A DNA stretch of 64,000 nucleotides from Gammaproteobacteria bacterium (GTDB lineage Bacteria; Pseudomonadota; Gammaproteobacteria; G965277405): positions 768,001 through 832,000 of the forward strand of contig OZ255726.1 of assembly GCA_965277405.1 (NCBI GenBank), written 5' to 3'. Position numbers and translations under genes: made by a program. How positions within the stretch are numbered: the first letter of the stretch is position 1; each line of letters starts with the position of its first letter. The notes under the pieces were generated by a model that was not told where the DNA came from, did no database searches, and worked only from the letters and a program-made list of their open reading frames with translations. This document shows, one piece after another, positions 1 to 12,480 of this stretch.

Positions 1-283
1 AACCACACTCATGAACTTAGAAATATCTATGAAAACACAGATAAAGTAATCGCTCAAGAGCGTTTTGACAAATCGATTGAAGATACATTTGAAGCAAAAT
101 TAGAAATTTTTTATACAACAGCGCATACTGTAAAAGCTCATTGTGATAATATACTCAACTTTTTTGACAACAAAATACCAATGCCAAATCTTTTAATGCT
201 AACATAAAACTCTTTATGGCTAACTTAACGGGGTAGTAGCTACTACTTTTTTCCTCATTAGATTACATAAATTATTCGCCTAA
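1..283 (+). pseudogene. C-terminal relic of an ISL3-family (Bacteroidetes ISAon1-like) transposase
   Basis: Manual translation across frameshifts gives ...ELRNIYEN...HCDNILNFFDN / TNAKSFNANIKLF / FFLIRLHKLFA*, matching the ISL3 C-terminal pattern 'ILNYFDNRSTNASAESFNAKIK..FFLFRL..FA'. Confidence 0.7.
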
Positions 284-336
284 TCTCCGAAATTGAATGT
301 GCCCCGAAAAGACAACACAAAGATTACTGCGTGAAT

Positions 337-2775
337 TTAGTTTTCTTTTTCAATTTCCCAACTCACCATTCTCATCTCGTTATACGTAAACTTATTCTCG
401 ATTTTTCTTTTTAGGTCAGTAATGTTCTCATACTTGGTTTCTTTCATTATTTTTTTAAGGGCTATATATTTTTCTTTGGGAATCAAATCCGTAATGTTCA
501 ACTCTCCTGAGGCTACAAATTTCATAAGATGGGTTTCTATAGTGCCAGTAACTAAGCCTCGCTCTCTAGAAATTTCAGCGACACTCAGTCCATTTTTAAA
601 TAATTTATAAGATTCTTTGTCCGATTCCCCCTTTTTTGGAAGCAACTTTTTTTCAGGAGTATCTTCTTTTAGGGCAATCGCATTTTTTTCGCAATAGTCT
701 TGTATAAGCTCAGTGATTTTAGCACCGTATTTTTGAACCCTCACTTTCCCCATACCATTTATAGCAGCTAGTTGCTTTGTTGTTGTAGGAAGTGTTTCGC
801 ACATTTCACAAAGCGATTTTTGAGTAAAAACCTGATATAATTCCACATCATAATTAAGTGCGAATACAGCACGTAAGGCTCGTAATGCCTTAAATAATAC
901 AGGCTGTTCTGAAGTTACCGCATATTCTTTTTTAACCTTTGTAAGGGTAGGCTTTTGTAGAATTGCCTTTGCTCGCAATTCTAAATACTTCTTAATGGTA
1001 AATCCGCTTTTTAACCCGTTAAAACAGTATAATTTGTTTCCCAATTGCTCGTCTAGGATTTTAAATTGCTTATGCATATCCTTGTCAACTGCCTTGTTTT
1101 CAGTAGAGAAATTAAATGCTTCTAAAGGGGTCTTAATATAATTTTCTGTATGTGTTATAAAATAATTTAGGGCTTTTAGTATACGTTCTTGAACAGCAGT
1201 ATCTCTTTCAGGCTCTAAAATATCTGTACTTAGTTCTTTTAATTGATTGCTAAAATTATTGGAGATTTTTAGTAGTTTAATAATGCCCTCATCTTTTATA
1301 GTGGTCAGTGGGTCAATAGCATTGCCTTGGATACTTGTTTTATTAGTGTAATAAATATCAATTAACCGTTTTACAGGGTAAAGAAAGCTATAATAATCAA
1401 ATAATTCTTTGATAAGACTCAATTGGTAACTCTTCTGCGATTCGTTTAATATTTCTGTATTTGGAGGATTGTCCTCAACATTTTTATTAAAAGAAGTAAC
1501 CCTAATATCATTAATAATACTTTGTTCGCTAAGGGGACTTTTTAATACAATGCCTTCCAGTGTTCTACATCTGCTCAATGCAACATAGGTCTGCCCATGG
1601 GCAAAGGATTCTTTGGTATCGATAATGGCCTTTTCAAAAGTTAACCCTTGACTTTTATGAATGGTTATCGCCCAAGCTAGTCGTAGCGGAATTTGGGAAA
1701 AAGAGCCCGTAATATTTTCAGAAATTTCTTTGGTTTCAGGGTTTATGGAATAACTTACATTTTCCCAAACCTCTGCCGTGCTTACAATATCTTCTTCATC
1801 ACTAGGGCAACGAACCGTTATCTCTTCATTATCTATATATACTATTTTACCGATTTTTCCGTTGAAATACCTTTTGTCAACAGAGCTATCGTTTTTAATA
1901 AACATTACTTGAGCCCCCTTTTTTAACTCTAATTTTTTATGAGTAGGAAAAGAATATTCAGGAAATTTCCCATTTACATCGGCTGTATAAAAGAAACTTT
2001 TTGTCTTAATTTTTTCAAGCTCTATACAATTCATTTCATCAGCCCTATGGTTATGTGTCGTTAGGGTAATATAGCCATCGTCCTCTTTTGGTGAAAAATT
2101 GGGTAAGTAACGCTTATTTAAGTCGGTTATCGATTTTTTTGTGAGGCTATTGTTCCGTATTTCGTTTAGGATGACAATAAATTTTTCGTTGTCCTGTCTG
2201 TAAATATGTTTTAATTCAATACTAATGGCTAGGCATTGTTGAAAGGCAGTACTGCTAAAGAAATAAGGCGTTTTATAATAGGGTTGTAACAATTCCCATT
2301 CGTTATCTTTTACAACAGGAGAAAGTTGTTGCAGATCGCCTATCATAAGTACTTGTACCCCACCAAAAACTTTGTTCCTGTCTTTATAACGCCTTAGAAC
2401 TTGGTCTATTCCGTCTAATAAATCGGCACGAACCATACTAATCTCATCGATGATCAATAAATCTAAAGAGCGGATAATATCGATTTTGGTTTTGTTAAAT
2501 TTATTTTTAAATGATGTTTTTGTATTCTGGGCTTGCACTCCATTTGGAAGTATTGGTCCAAAAGGCATTTGAAAAAAGGAATGTATAGTAACTCCTTTGG
2601 CATTAATTGCAGCGACACCAGTAGGAGCAACCACTACCAAACGCTTTAATGAATTGATTTTGATATTATGTAAAAATGTGGTTTTTCCGGTACCGGCCTT
2701 TCCTGTCAGAAAAATGGAGCGATCTGTTTTTTCAACAAAATTTGTGGCTAATTCTATCTCTGTATTTATATGCAT
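337..2775 (-). CDS. Pif1/RecD-like SF1B helicase with C-terminal HRDC and helix-turn-helix domains (Bacteroidetes type)
   Basis: Walker A GKAGTGKT, IIDEISM, AITIHKSQGLT and YVALSR motifs; HRDC-like 'LAAINGMGKVRVQKYG'; C-terminal 'GLSVAEISRERGL..GTIETHL'. Confidence 0.9.
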   Translation of the reverse strand: MHINTEIELATNFVEKTDRSIFLTGKAGTGKTTFLHNIKINSLKRLVVVAPTGVAAINAKGVTIHSFFQMPFGPILPNGVQAQNTKTSFKNKFNKTKIDIIRSLDLLIIDEISMVRADLLDGIDQVLRRYKDRNKVFGGVQVLMIGDLQQLSPVVKDNEWELLQPYYKTPYFFSSTAFQQCLAISIELKHIYRQDNEKFIVILNEIRNNSLTKKSITDLNKRYLPNFSPKEDDGYITLTTHNHRADEMNCIELEKIKTKSFFYTADVNGKFPEYSFPTHKKLELKKGAQVMFIKNDSSVDKRYFNGKIGKIVYIDNEEITVRCPSDEEDIVSTAEVWENVSYSINPETKEISENITGSFSQIPLRLAWAITIHKSQGLTFEKAIIDTKESFAHGQTYVALSRCRTLEGIVLKSPLSEQSIINDIRVTSFNKNVEDNPPNTEILNESQKSYQLSLIKELFDYYSFLYPVKRLIDIYYTNKTSIQGNAIDPLTTIKDEGIIKLLKISNNFSNQLKELSTDILEPERDTAVQERILKALNYFITHTENYIKTPLEAFNFSTENKAVDKDMHKQFKILDEQLGNKLYCFNGLKSGFTIKKYLELRAKAILQKPTLTKVKKEYAVTSEQPVLFKALRALRAVFALNYDVELYQVFTQKSLCEMCETLPTTTKQLAAINGMGKVRVQKYGAKITELIQDYCEKNAIALKEDTPEKKLLPKKGESDKESYKLFKNGLSVAEISRERGLVTGTIETHLMKFVASGELNITDLIPKEKYIALKKIMKETKYENITDLKRKIENKFTYNEMRMVSWEIEKEN

Positions 2776-2931
2776 TGTTTTTTTGTAAATTACTGATGTT
2801 TACCTTTCTCCCATCTGGAGCTACTAAGGGCATATCAGTTTTTTTAAGGTTGCCACCAAATTTACCAAATACTAGATTTAATTGCAAGTGCAAGAAATTG
2901 ATGTATTTTTGATAAAATTAAAAGAATTATT

Positions 2932-3186
2932 ATGACAGATAACATTAGTACGAAATGGTTAGAAAATATGACTTTCAAACGCAATAACCCTGCCGAATTG
3001 GATTTAACAATGAATATTTCTCCTGAAGATGGGGAGACGGAAATGGATACCGGCCTAAGTCATTAATGCTTGCAGCTCTTGCGGGTTGCTCTGCATTGGA
3101 TATTGCTGCGCTGATAAAAAAATGAAATTGGACATTTGTGACTTCCAGATAGAAACCATTGCGAACCTTACCGACGAACACCCTGA
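2932..3186 (+). pseudogene. OsmC-family protein, frameshifted and truncated by an IS5
   Basis: MTDNISTKWLENMTF... / GYRPKSLMLAALAGCSALDIAALIK / MKLDICDFQIETIANLTDEHP ends at the IS terminus. Confidence 0.7.
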
Positions 3187-4385
3187 GGAAGTTCTGAAAA
3201 CCCCCAAAAATCATACTAATCTGCCATACTGCCCTAACTTTTTTTTGAGAATTGATATAAAGCAAATGACGTTTACAGATTTGGCATACGCACATAAGCA
3301 ATGCAAAACTCGTAGAGAAATATTTCTTGAGAAATCAGCAGCTGTTATTCCATGGCAGCAGTTAGATGAATTAGATGAAGTTGTCGCCAAACACTATACT
3401 AAAACTACGCAAAACAGGCGCTCGTCCATAATATCCGCTGCAAACGCTACTGCGTCTACACGTTATGCAAGTAGTGTATGACTTCAGCGATGTAACGATG
3501 GAGGATATATATTGTACGAAGTCGATTGAATGCGGCTGTTTGCTCGTTTAAACCTCGACAAAATACCCGACGAGACCACCATCTTGAATTTCAGCAGATT
3601 GCTGGAACAGTACCGCCTCTGTGAAAAAATATTCAGGCGAATCAGTCAACAACTCAATAACCATGGATTATTACTCCGCGCAGGCAAGCGTTGACGCATC
3701 AATCATCGACACCCCAACAACAACCTAAGAATAAACAGCAAGCCAGTGATCCGCAAATGCAGCAAACAAGGAAAGGTAACCAATGGTACTTTGGCATGAA
3801 AGTTCTTGTTGGTGTAGATGAAAGCTCTGGGATGATTGAAGCCCGCAACCACGGCGGGTAATGTCAACGATGTGACCCTGATAAACTCTGGCATGGCGAT
3901 GAACGACGTGTTTTGGCGATGCGGGTTTATGTAGCTGTGCAGCAACGATTTAAACATCAGCAACGGGCAATGTGGATGGTGAGTCAGCGTATCGGCAAGC
4001 AGCGTCAATTGAAAGCAGGGAGTGTCCAGCAGCAGCTTGAGAAATTGCCAGCCAGTGTCCGCGCCAAAGTTGAGCATGTATTCTTTTATATGAAACGCAT
4101 GTTTGGATATAGCAAAGTATGCTATACTATATATACAAGTTTAGCAAAGAATACCAACCGAACTATACATGCTTGCTGGACTTACAAATCTTGTGCCCAG
4201 TTACAAGTATTTGCCGCAACCACATGGTTAGTGCGTCCAAAACATTGGAAATTCAGCAAAAACGCATGAAAAACAATAAAAATTGAACAAAAATAGCTTT
4301 TTCATCTTTTCATCTTTTCACTTTATCGTTTTTGAGCATTACTGCGTCGAGAAAATCAAATGTAGTGAATTGTGCAGAGGTTTCC
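3187..4385 (+). mobile_element. IS5-family element (lineage B) with a degraded transposase
   Basis: Termini GGAAGTTCTGAA...TGCAGAGGTTTCC; fragments MTFTDLAYAHK..KTRREIFLEK, IPDETTILNFSRLLE, QWYFGMK, VRAKVEHVF across several frameshifts. Confidence 0.85.
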
Positions 4386-4686
4386 TAAAACATGAACTAA
4401 TCAAAGTTTTCCATAATAAAGAACTCATAGAATTAGGAAAAAATCATCCCATTTTTTTCCAAAAACATTCCTTTCCTAAAGGCTTGCCCAAAATTCATGA
4501 GTATAATGACAAGCGCCACCAAGCCTTTGGTGTTTTTGATAAAACAGATTAGTTTTACTTTTCACCTACGAGAGCGATTTAAGTGATGGATGGCAAGACA
4601 AAAAAGTAAATAAGGACTTCGCTGAAATTAGATTAAAAGCATTGCGTATGGCTGCGAATATTATATCTTACGTATTTAAAAATTAA
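4386..4686 (+). pseudogene. 3' remnant of a DUF4159-like gene
   Basis: NHPIFFQKHSFPKGLPKIHEYNDKRHQAFG / LVLLFTYESDLSDGWQD...ALRMAANIISYVFKN*; 5' part replaced by the IS. Confidence 0.6.
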
Positions 4687-4690
4687 GAAT

Positions 4691-5779
4691 ATGACCTCAA
4701 AGACTATAGCAAATGGTATTTTAAAAGCAATAGGTATTTTAATAAGTGTCTTTTTAGGGTTATTTTTTTTATTTAAGATACAATCCGTCCTTATTTATTT
4801 GGCAATCGCTGTGGTTATAGCTCTCATAGGACGTCCTATAGTACTGTTTTTAAGAAGAAAATTAAAATTACCAAATATCTTGGCTGTAATAATAACAATG
4901 ATTCTGCTAATCGGGATATTAGTTGGCGTCATTGCTCTTTTTATACCTCTGTTGGTGCAACAAGGACATAATTTGTCATTGTTAAATATTGATGAGTTAC
5001 AAAATAATATAGAAAACATATACCGTCAGTTTATTAATTATTTCAAAATAAATTCCACGGATATTGAACAGAGAATTAAATATCCTAATTTTTTAAAATC
5101 CATAGATTTTGGATTTATCCCTAATTTCTTAAATTCGATTGTTAGTATTCTGGGTAGTTTAAGCATAGGTATTTTTTCTGTTCTCTTCATTACTTTTTTC
5201 TTCTTAAAAGACAGTAGCTTATTTGAAAGGGGCGTATTCGTTTTTATCCCTTCGGATAAAGAGGTTAGATTAAAAAAATCTATAGAAACGATTAAAAATT
5301 TACTTTCTAGATATTTTGTGGGGCTTGTATTTCAAATCCTTATATTGTTTGTAATATATACTGTTGCCCTATCTATTTTCGGAATAGAAAACTCGGTGGT
5401 AATAGCCTTCCTTTGCGCCTTGCTGAACCTAATCCCATATATTGGTCCCATCATTGGCGGAATCTTAATGTTAATCTTATCTATGACAAGTAATTTAGGA
5501 GCCGATTTCAGTACGGTAATACTACCTAAAACGTCTTATGTAATGATTGGTTTTGGTTTTGGGCAATTGGTCGATAATTTTTTCTCACAACCCTATATTT
5601 TTTCGAATAGTGTCAAATCTCACCCCCTCGAAATATTCCTTATTATAATTATCGGAGGACTTTTATTCGGTGTTACCGGACTGATTTTGGCCGTACCAGG
5701 ATATACCGCCATAAAAGTAATTTTAAAAGGCTTTTTTGCTGAGAATGAAATAGTAAAATCTTTGACCAAAAACTTATAA
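4691..5779 (+). CDS. AI-2E (PerM/TqsA) family transporter
   Basis: Multi-TM 362-aa ORF with LLNLIPYIGP and HPLEIF..IIGG.LFGVTGLILAVP motifs. Confidence 0.9.
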   Translation: MTSKTIANGILKAIGILISVFLGLFFLFKIQSVLIYLAIAVVIALIGRPIVLFLRRKLKLPNILAVIITMILLIGILVGVIALFIPLLVQQGHNLSLLNIDELQNNIENIYRQFINYFKINSTDIEQRIKYPNFLKSIDFGFIPNFLNSIVSILGSLSIGIFSVLFITFFFLKDSSLFERGVFVFIPSDKEVRLKKSIETIKNLLSRYFVGLVFQILILFVIYTVALSIFGIENSVVIAFLCALLNLIPYIGPIIGGILMLILSMTSNLGADFSTVILPKTSYVMIGFGFGQLVDNFFSQPYIFSNSVKSHPLEIFLIIIIGGLLFGVTGLILAVPGYTAIKVILKGFFAENEIVKSLTKNL

Positions 5780-5826
5780 CCAATACTCTAAACAAGGAAA
5801 TTTTGTTGTCTAAAACCTCATTCCAC

Positions 5827-6103
5827 TTATATAAAAGCCGAGTGTCCTGTAATATCCATTCCGGTTATTAGCAAATGAATATCGTGTGTACCTTCGTAGG
5901 TAATAACACTTTCAAGATTCATTATATGACGCATAATACTATATTCTCCAGAAATTCCAATAGCCCCCAATACTTGCCTAGCTTCACGGGCAATATTCAA
6001 GGCCATTTCTACATTGTTTCGTTTCGCCATAGAAATTTGGGTAGTAGTTGCTTTTCCTTCTTTTTTTAATTGTCCCAAACGTAGTGCCAATAGTTGTGCT
6101 TTT
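5827..6103 (-). pseudogene. C-terminal fragment of a glutaryl-CoA/acyl-CoA dehydrogenase
   Basis: [10 protein letters not shown]...[14 protein letters not shown]...[18 protein letters not shown]; cut by the IS terminus at 6104. Confidence 0.85.
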
Positions 6104-6198
6104 GGGACTGTTGCAAATAGAAGACAAATAATCTTATTGATTAGGTATATTGCTTATAGCCTGGTGTAAAATCATTAAACTCAACTACAACCTTATAT

Positions 6199-7222
6199 GG
6201 CTCTATTTGAATAAATTGTTGAAATATGATATGCTCCAAGTATCAATCACATCCACAATGCTCTAAATCATGAAGACCTCTGAATTTAATCAGTTAAAAC
6301 AAGCAGTTAATGGGCTTTCTCCAAAGCAAAAGGCTGACTTAGAACAGCATTTAATCAATCCAGAATCGCAACCTCAAGTGCTGAAATTACTTGAACAAGC
6401 GGTACATGGATGCCCTCATTGCCAACATGACAGTACCTATAAGTGGGGCACGTCAAAAGGACGTCAGCGGTATCGTTGTCGATCATGCTTAAAAACCTAT
6501 AATGCACTAACGGGTTCAGAATTGAATGGTCTGCATAAGCCTGAACTGTGGGAACAATACTGCCAAACGATGGTTGATTCAAAATCGCTGCGCATTGCTG
6601 CAAAGGAATGCGGCATCAACCTCACCACGGCATTCACATGGCGTCATAAATTTCTTAAATTGGCTGATTTACTTATGAGCAAGCAGCTTGAAGGCATTGT
6701 CGAAATAGATGAAACTTGGTTTAAATATTCTGAAAAAGGCAGTCGCTATTTAACCACTGGCAAGCCGCGAAAACGCGGTAATAGCAAAGCATCTACAGTG
6801 AAAGCTGTTATTGGCATCGATCGAAGTGGCAACATTGTCGATCAGGTTGTAGAGCACTTTACGCTGGATCAATTACAGGCAACCTTTGTACCTAAACTCG
6901 CCGACGATCTGGTTCTCTGTACCGACGGTCATATCAATTATGAGCATCTAGCCAAGCAGAAAAATATCAATCATGTCGTGTTAAATCAAAGCCTTGGTGA
7001 GCGGGTCAAAGACAAAGTTTTTCATATTCAAACGGTGAACGCTTACCACATGAGGCTCAAGCAATGGCTAGCCCCTTTTCATGGTGTTGCAACTAAAAAT
7101 CTTCATAAATATTGTGGATGGTTTCGTTGGTTTGAGCTTAATAAACGGGGAGATATATCCCCTGCCAGCTTCATGAGGGATATGCTGTATACAGCATTTC
7201 AACAAACTATCAGAACATAGCC
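6199..7222 (+). mobile_element. IS1595-family insertion sequence
   Basis: Imperfect TIRs GGCTCTATTTGAATAAATTGTTGAAAT / ATTTCAACAAACTATCAGAACATAGCC; target ACCTTATAT duplicated at 6190-6198 and 7223-7231. Confidence 0.9.
6270..7220 (+). CDS. IS1595-family transposase
   Basis: Zn finger CPHC...RYRCRSC, HTH, VEIDET, LCTDG and HIQTVNAYH motifs. Confidence 0.92.
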   Translation: MKTSEFNQLKQAVNGLSPKQKADLEQHLINPESQPQVLKLLEQAVHGCPHCQHDSTYKWGTSKGRQRYRCRSCLKTYNALTGSELNGLHKPELWEQYCQTMVDSKSLRIAAKECGINLTTAFTWRHKFLKLADLLMSKQLEGIVEIDETWFKYSEKGSRYLTTGKPRKRGNSKASTVKAVIGIDRSGNIVDQVVEHFTLDQLQATFVPKLADDLVLCTDGHINYEHLAKQKNINHVVLNQSLGERVKDKVFHIQTVNAYHMRLKQWLAPFHGVATKNLHKYCGWFRWFELNKRGDISPASFMRDMLYTAFQQTIRT

Positions 7223-7241
7223 ACCTTATATTTTAAATATC

Positions 7242-8213
7242 ATGTATAAACAAGTAGAAATGATTACCCTAGCAGATCTAGTAGCCGCTGATCATATATA
7301 CCGCAAGTTCGCTCAATTAATAGATATTCGCCGCTTAGATAATAAATATTTAAAAACAGCACAAGGCTCTAGCAACTATAAAGGTTATGGTATAGAACTG
7401 TTATTTAAAGCACTACTGCTGCAACACTTAGAAAATTTAAGTGATAGAGAGCTTGAAAGTTACTTAACAGAAAATAACGCCGCTAAATGGTTTTGTAATG
7501 TAGCGTTAACCGCGCCTACGCCAGATCATACAGTATTTACAAGAGCTAGGGCGCGTATAGGTACGCACCAATTATCTAAGATATTTGCAGATGTTCGCGC
7601 TCAATTGCAACAACATGGGTACATGAATGAGGTATTTACTTGTATAGATGCCTCTCATTTAATAGCTAAAGCTAATTTGTGGGAAGAGAGAGATAGAGTA
7701 ATCCAGCAAAAGTACGCCAAACTTAATAATGAGGTTTTACCTAAAGTAGCTACAGACAAACAAGCCCGCATTGGCTGCAAAGGTAACGGTAAATTTTGGT
7801 ATGGCTATAAGAAACATATTAGTGTTGATATGCAGTCAGGCTTGATTAATAATAAAGTAGCGATAACACCAGCTAACGTAACAGACGGACAAGGTATTGG
7901 TCATGTTATTCCAACACAAGGAGCTATGTATGCAGATAAAGGTTATTGCAGCAAAGGAGCAAGACATGCAGCCGCTAAAAAGCGTTGCCATTTGGCAGCT
8001 ATAAAAAAGAACAATATGAAAGATAAAAACAAAGACCAAGATACATTCTTTAGCAAGCTGCGTTCTCCGTATGAAAGAGTATTTTCAAAAACCAATCATC
8101 GGGTTAGATATGTGGGAGTAGCAAAGAATCAGTTTGCGATATTTCTGGAGTCGCTAGCATTTAACCTGAAAAGACAGGTGGTGTTAGACGTAAAGTATGG
8201 TGGCGTTTTGTAG
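7242..8213 (+). CDS. IS5-family DDE transposase (intact)
   Basis: LSDRELE, TPDHTVF, CIDAS, WYGYKKH, YADKGY and RSPYERVF motifs. Confidence 0.92.
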   Translation: MYKQVEMITLADLVAADHIYRKFAQLIDIRRLDNKYLKTAQGSSNYKGYGIELLFKALLLQHLENLSDRELESYLTENNAAKWFCNVALTAPTPDHTVFTRARARIGTHQLSKIFADVRAQLQQHGYMNEVFTCIDASHLIAKANLWEERDRVIQQKYAKLNNEVLPKVATDKQARIGCKGNGKFWYGYKKHISVDMQSGLINNKVAITPANVTDGQGIGHVIPTQGAMYADKGYCSKGARHAAAKKRCHLAAIKKNNMKDKNKDQDTFFSKLRSPYERVFSKTNHRVRYVGVAKNQFAIFLESLAFNLKRQVVLDVKYGGVL

Positions 8214-8351
8214 GATAACTGCACCAAAAAACAGCTATTTGACTGAAAATACCAGTAAATATTGATTGTTAAACCTTGGATTGATAGAAAATTCTGTGTT
8301 TGTACAAAATTTTTAATTTTTATCAAGTTTTAACCTATTTGCAACAGACCC

Positions 8352-8657
8352 ACTTAAATTTTCTAAGTGTTGCAGTAGCAGTGCTTTAAATAACAGTTCT
8401 ATACCATATCCTTTATAGTTGCTAGAGCCTTGTGCTGTTTTTAAATATTTACTAACTAAGCGGCTAATATCTATTAATTGAGCGAACTTGCGGTATATAT
8501 GATCAGCGGCTACTAGATCTCCTAGGGCAATCATTTCTACTTGTCTATGCATGATATTTAAAATATAAGGTTGTAGTTGAGTTGAATGATTTTACACCAG
8601 GCTATAAGCAATATACCTAATCAATAAGATTATTTGCCTTCTATTTGCAACAGTCCC
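8352..8657 (-). mobile_element. Truncated inverted 5' fragment of IS5 lineage C
   Basis: MHRQVEMIALGDLVAADHIY... plus left TIR ending CAACAGTCCC; abuts the right TIR of the full copy. Confidence 0.85.
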
Positions 8658-8701
8658 ATTATGGCAGATTAACCAGTTTTTTGGGGGTTTTCAGAAATGC
8701 C
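8658..8701 (-). mobile_element. Isolated left end of IS5 lineage B
   Basis: ...TTGGGGGTTTTCAGAAATGCC followed by CTAG; resembles the reverse complement of 3187-3230. Confidence 0.65.
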
Positions 8702-8950
8702 CTAGACCATGACCATTTCATGACCATTTGCTAGGCTGCCTTGCGGACCAGGTTCCGCCAACTTTTGCCAGTATGACCAATTGATTGCGCCTGCAATCTA
8801 ACATCGTCCGTCAAGCAACAAGTGTTATGTTTGTGTGTTTCCCCAGCGTTACAACACCATCTTTTGATCCGTAAACCTCAATATCCCGACTTGATAGGTC
8901 TAGTAGAAGCGTTAGCCCTAACTGGTCAAGTAGTTTGTTTAAATATTTGA

Positions 8951-9115
8951 TTATTTTTTTCGCATTTTATGCAACAATAATTTAATTTGTTCATATTCTT
9001 CTAGGCTCGTCCAAAGTGACCGCTTATTTCGAAGAAGCGACCGTTGTTTTATCGCAAATTTACGTTGTCTTTCTGCGGCACTTTGGGGTTGAGTATCGGG
9101 CGGGTTATCTGTCAT
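8951..9115 (-). CDS. 54-aa basic hypothetical protein (below the ORF-track cutoff)
   Basis: Manual translation MTDNPPDTQPQSAAERQRKFAIKQRSLLRNKRSLWTSLEEYEQIKLLLHKMRKK*. Confidence 0.45.
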   Translation of the reverse strand: MTDNPPDTQPQSAAERQRKFAIKQRSLLRNKRSLWTSLEEYEQIKLLLHKMRKK

Positions 9116-9526
9116 TTTGAATATTTAGTTATAAATACAGGTGAGCATAACAAAACCGCCGAGGATTTATCTAGGCGGTTGAATTAATCTTGACTTTATT
9201 CAAAAGCTCTATATGTTTCTTTTAAATTACAGCTAACTGCTTTAACTTAGACTACTTCGTTGTGATTTGCTAAATCATAAAATTATAGTCGGTTAAACTA
9301 CCCTGATAATGTTTGTTATGATTGATGTGCTGATACAGCACCTACAAAATATAATACTCTCTGTCAGCATGCGACAACCCTTATTATTACCAAAACACAA
9401 GAATTGACACAGGATTTTGCATAGTGTAGAAGAGTTAGATAGCGTAGAAAAATTAGCTTGCGTATTGGGACCTTAGTATTCTCTACACATTATTATCCTG
9501 CAATGTTATGTTGCGCTTATCCATAG

Positions 9527-9820
9527 GGAAGCTCTGATTAACTCGCTGATGGAGCGAGTTTACCTGTAATTGCTGATGATTGCAAGGCGCAAACCGCTAA
9601 GCGCATGCCGTAGCATATACGCCAAGGGATGCAACACAGCAAGTACCGCTGCAGCAAACCCAAAGTATATTCAACACAACGACGGGAAAAAACGCTGCGC
9701 TAACGTCGTTGCAGCACTTGGCAGCACCCACAGGACCACCAGTATTATCTGCGCACTGCGCTTAAGTTTCATCAGCATTTTTTCTCCGTCTCGCCGATCA
9801 TGGAATTAATCAGAGGTTCC
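9527..9820 (+). mobile_element. 294-bp MITE, copy A
   Basis: TIRs GGAAGCTCTGATTAA / TTAATCAGAGGTTCC; 4-bp TSD ATAG. Confidence 0.92.
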
Positions 9821-9877
9821 ATAGGCTGCTTTCAGACCTTCAATTGAAGAATATCAACAAATTATAGAGCTATGCAG

Positions 9878-9904
9878 TTGAAATGCGACTATACAACCCT
9901 ATCG
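9878..9904 (+). promoter_or_regulatory. Putative sigma32 heat-shock promoter of groESL
   Basis: TTGAAA-N13-CCCTAT versus RpoH consensus TTGAAA-N13/14-CCCCAT. Confidence 0.7.
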
Positions 9905-9992
9905 AAGTGACAAGTTTTGTTGTGGAGCGCGGTGATTCATTTGCCTTTAGCTCCATTTTTATCTAACATTTTTTACCAAAGGAGTAAAAAAT

Positions 9993-11940
<1,948 letters not shown>

Positions 11941-11967
11941 TAGAATATTGTAGTTCAAATTATCTAT

Positions 11968-12000
11968 AAAAGCCCGAAAGTTTACTTTCGGGCTTTTTTT
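11968..12000 (+). terminator. Rho-independent terminator after groEL
   Basis: AAAAGCCCGAAAG-TTTA-CTTTCGGGCTTTTTTT. Confidence 0.9.
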
Positions 12001-12060
12001 ATCTAACCTGCTCTGTCAAGTGCTATATTATTGGTTCAGCAATATATTCTCCTAAGGATA

Positions 12061-12371
12061 GGAAGCTCTGATTAATTCCATGATGGGCGAAACGGAGAAA
12101 AAACGCTGATGAAAATTAAGCGAAGTGCGCAGATAATATAGGTGGTCTTGTGGGTGTTGCCAAGTACTGCAACGTCGTTAGCACAGCGTTTTTCCGTCCT
12201 TCTGTTGGAATATACTTTGGGTTTGCGGCAATTGCATACGCTTGCTGTGTTGCATCCCTTGTCGTATTGCTAGGTCATGCGCCAGCGGTTTGAGCCTTGC
12301 AATCATCAGCAATTGCAGGCAAACTCGCTTGCAGCCAAACTCACTCCATCATGGAGTTAATCAGAGTTTTC
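12061..12371 (-). mobile_element. MITE copy B (small internal duplication)
   Basis: Reverse-orientation copy with both termini. Confidence 0.88.
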
Positions 12372-12480
12372 ATAGGGCACTTCATCAATCAATTTTACAA
12401 TCAATTCGTGCTGTGCAGCCTTGCTCCCTAAAATAGGTATCTCACAATACATGTTTTATTTTAATCAATGCTAGATAAGT

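Larger units (their letters stand above)
6104..8351 (+). mobile_element. IS5-family element (lineage C) carrying a nested IS1595
   Basis: TIRs GGGACTGTTGCAAATAG / CTATTTGCAACAGACCC; near-identical copy at 38068-39290. Confidence 0.9.
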
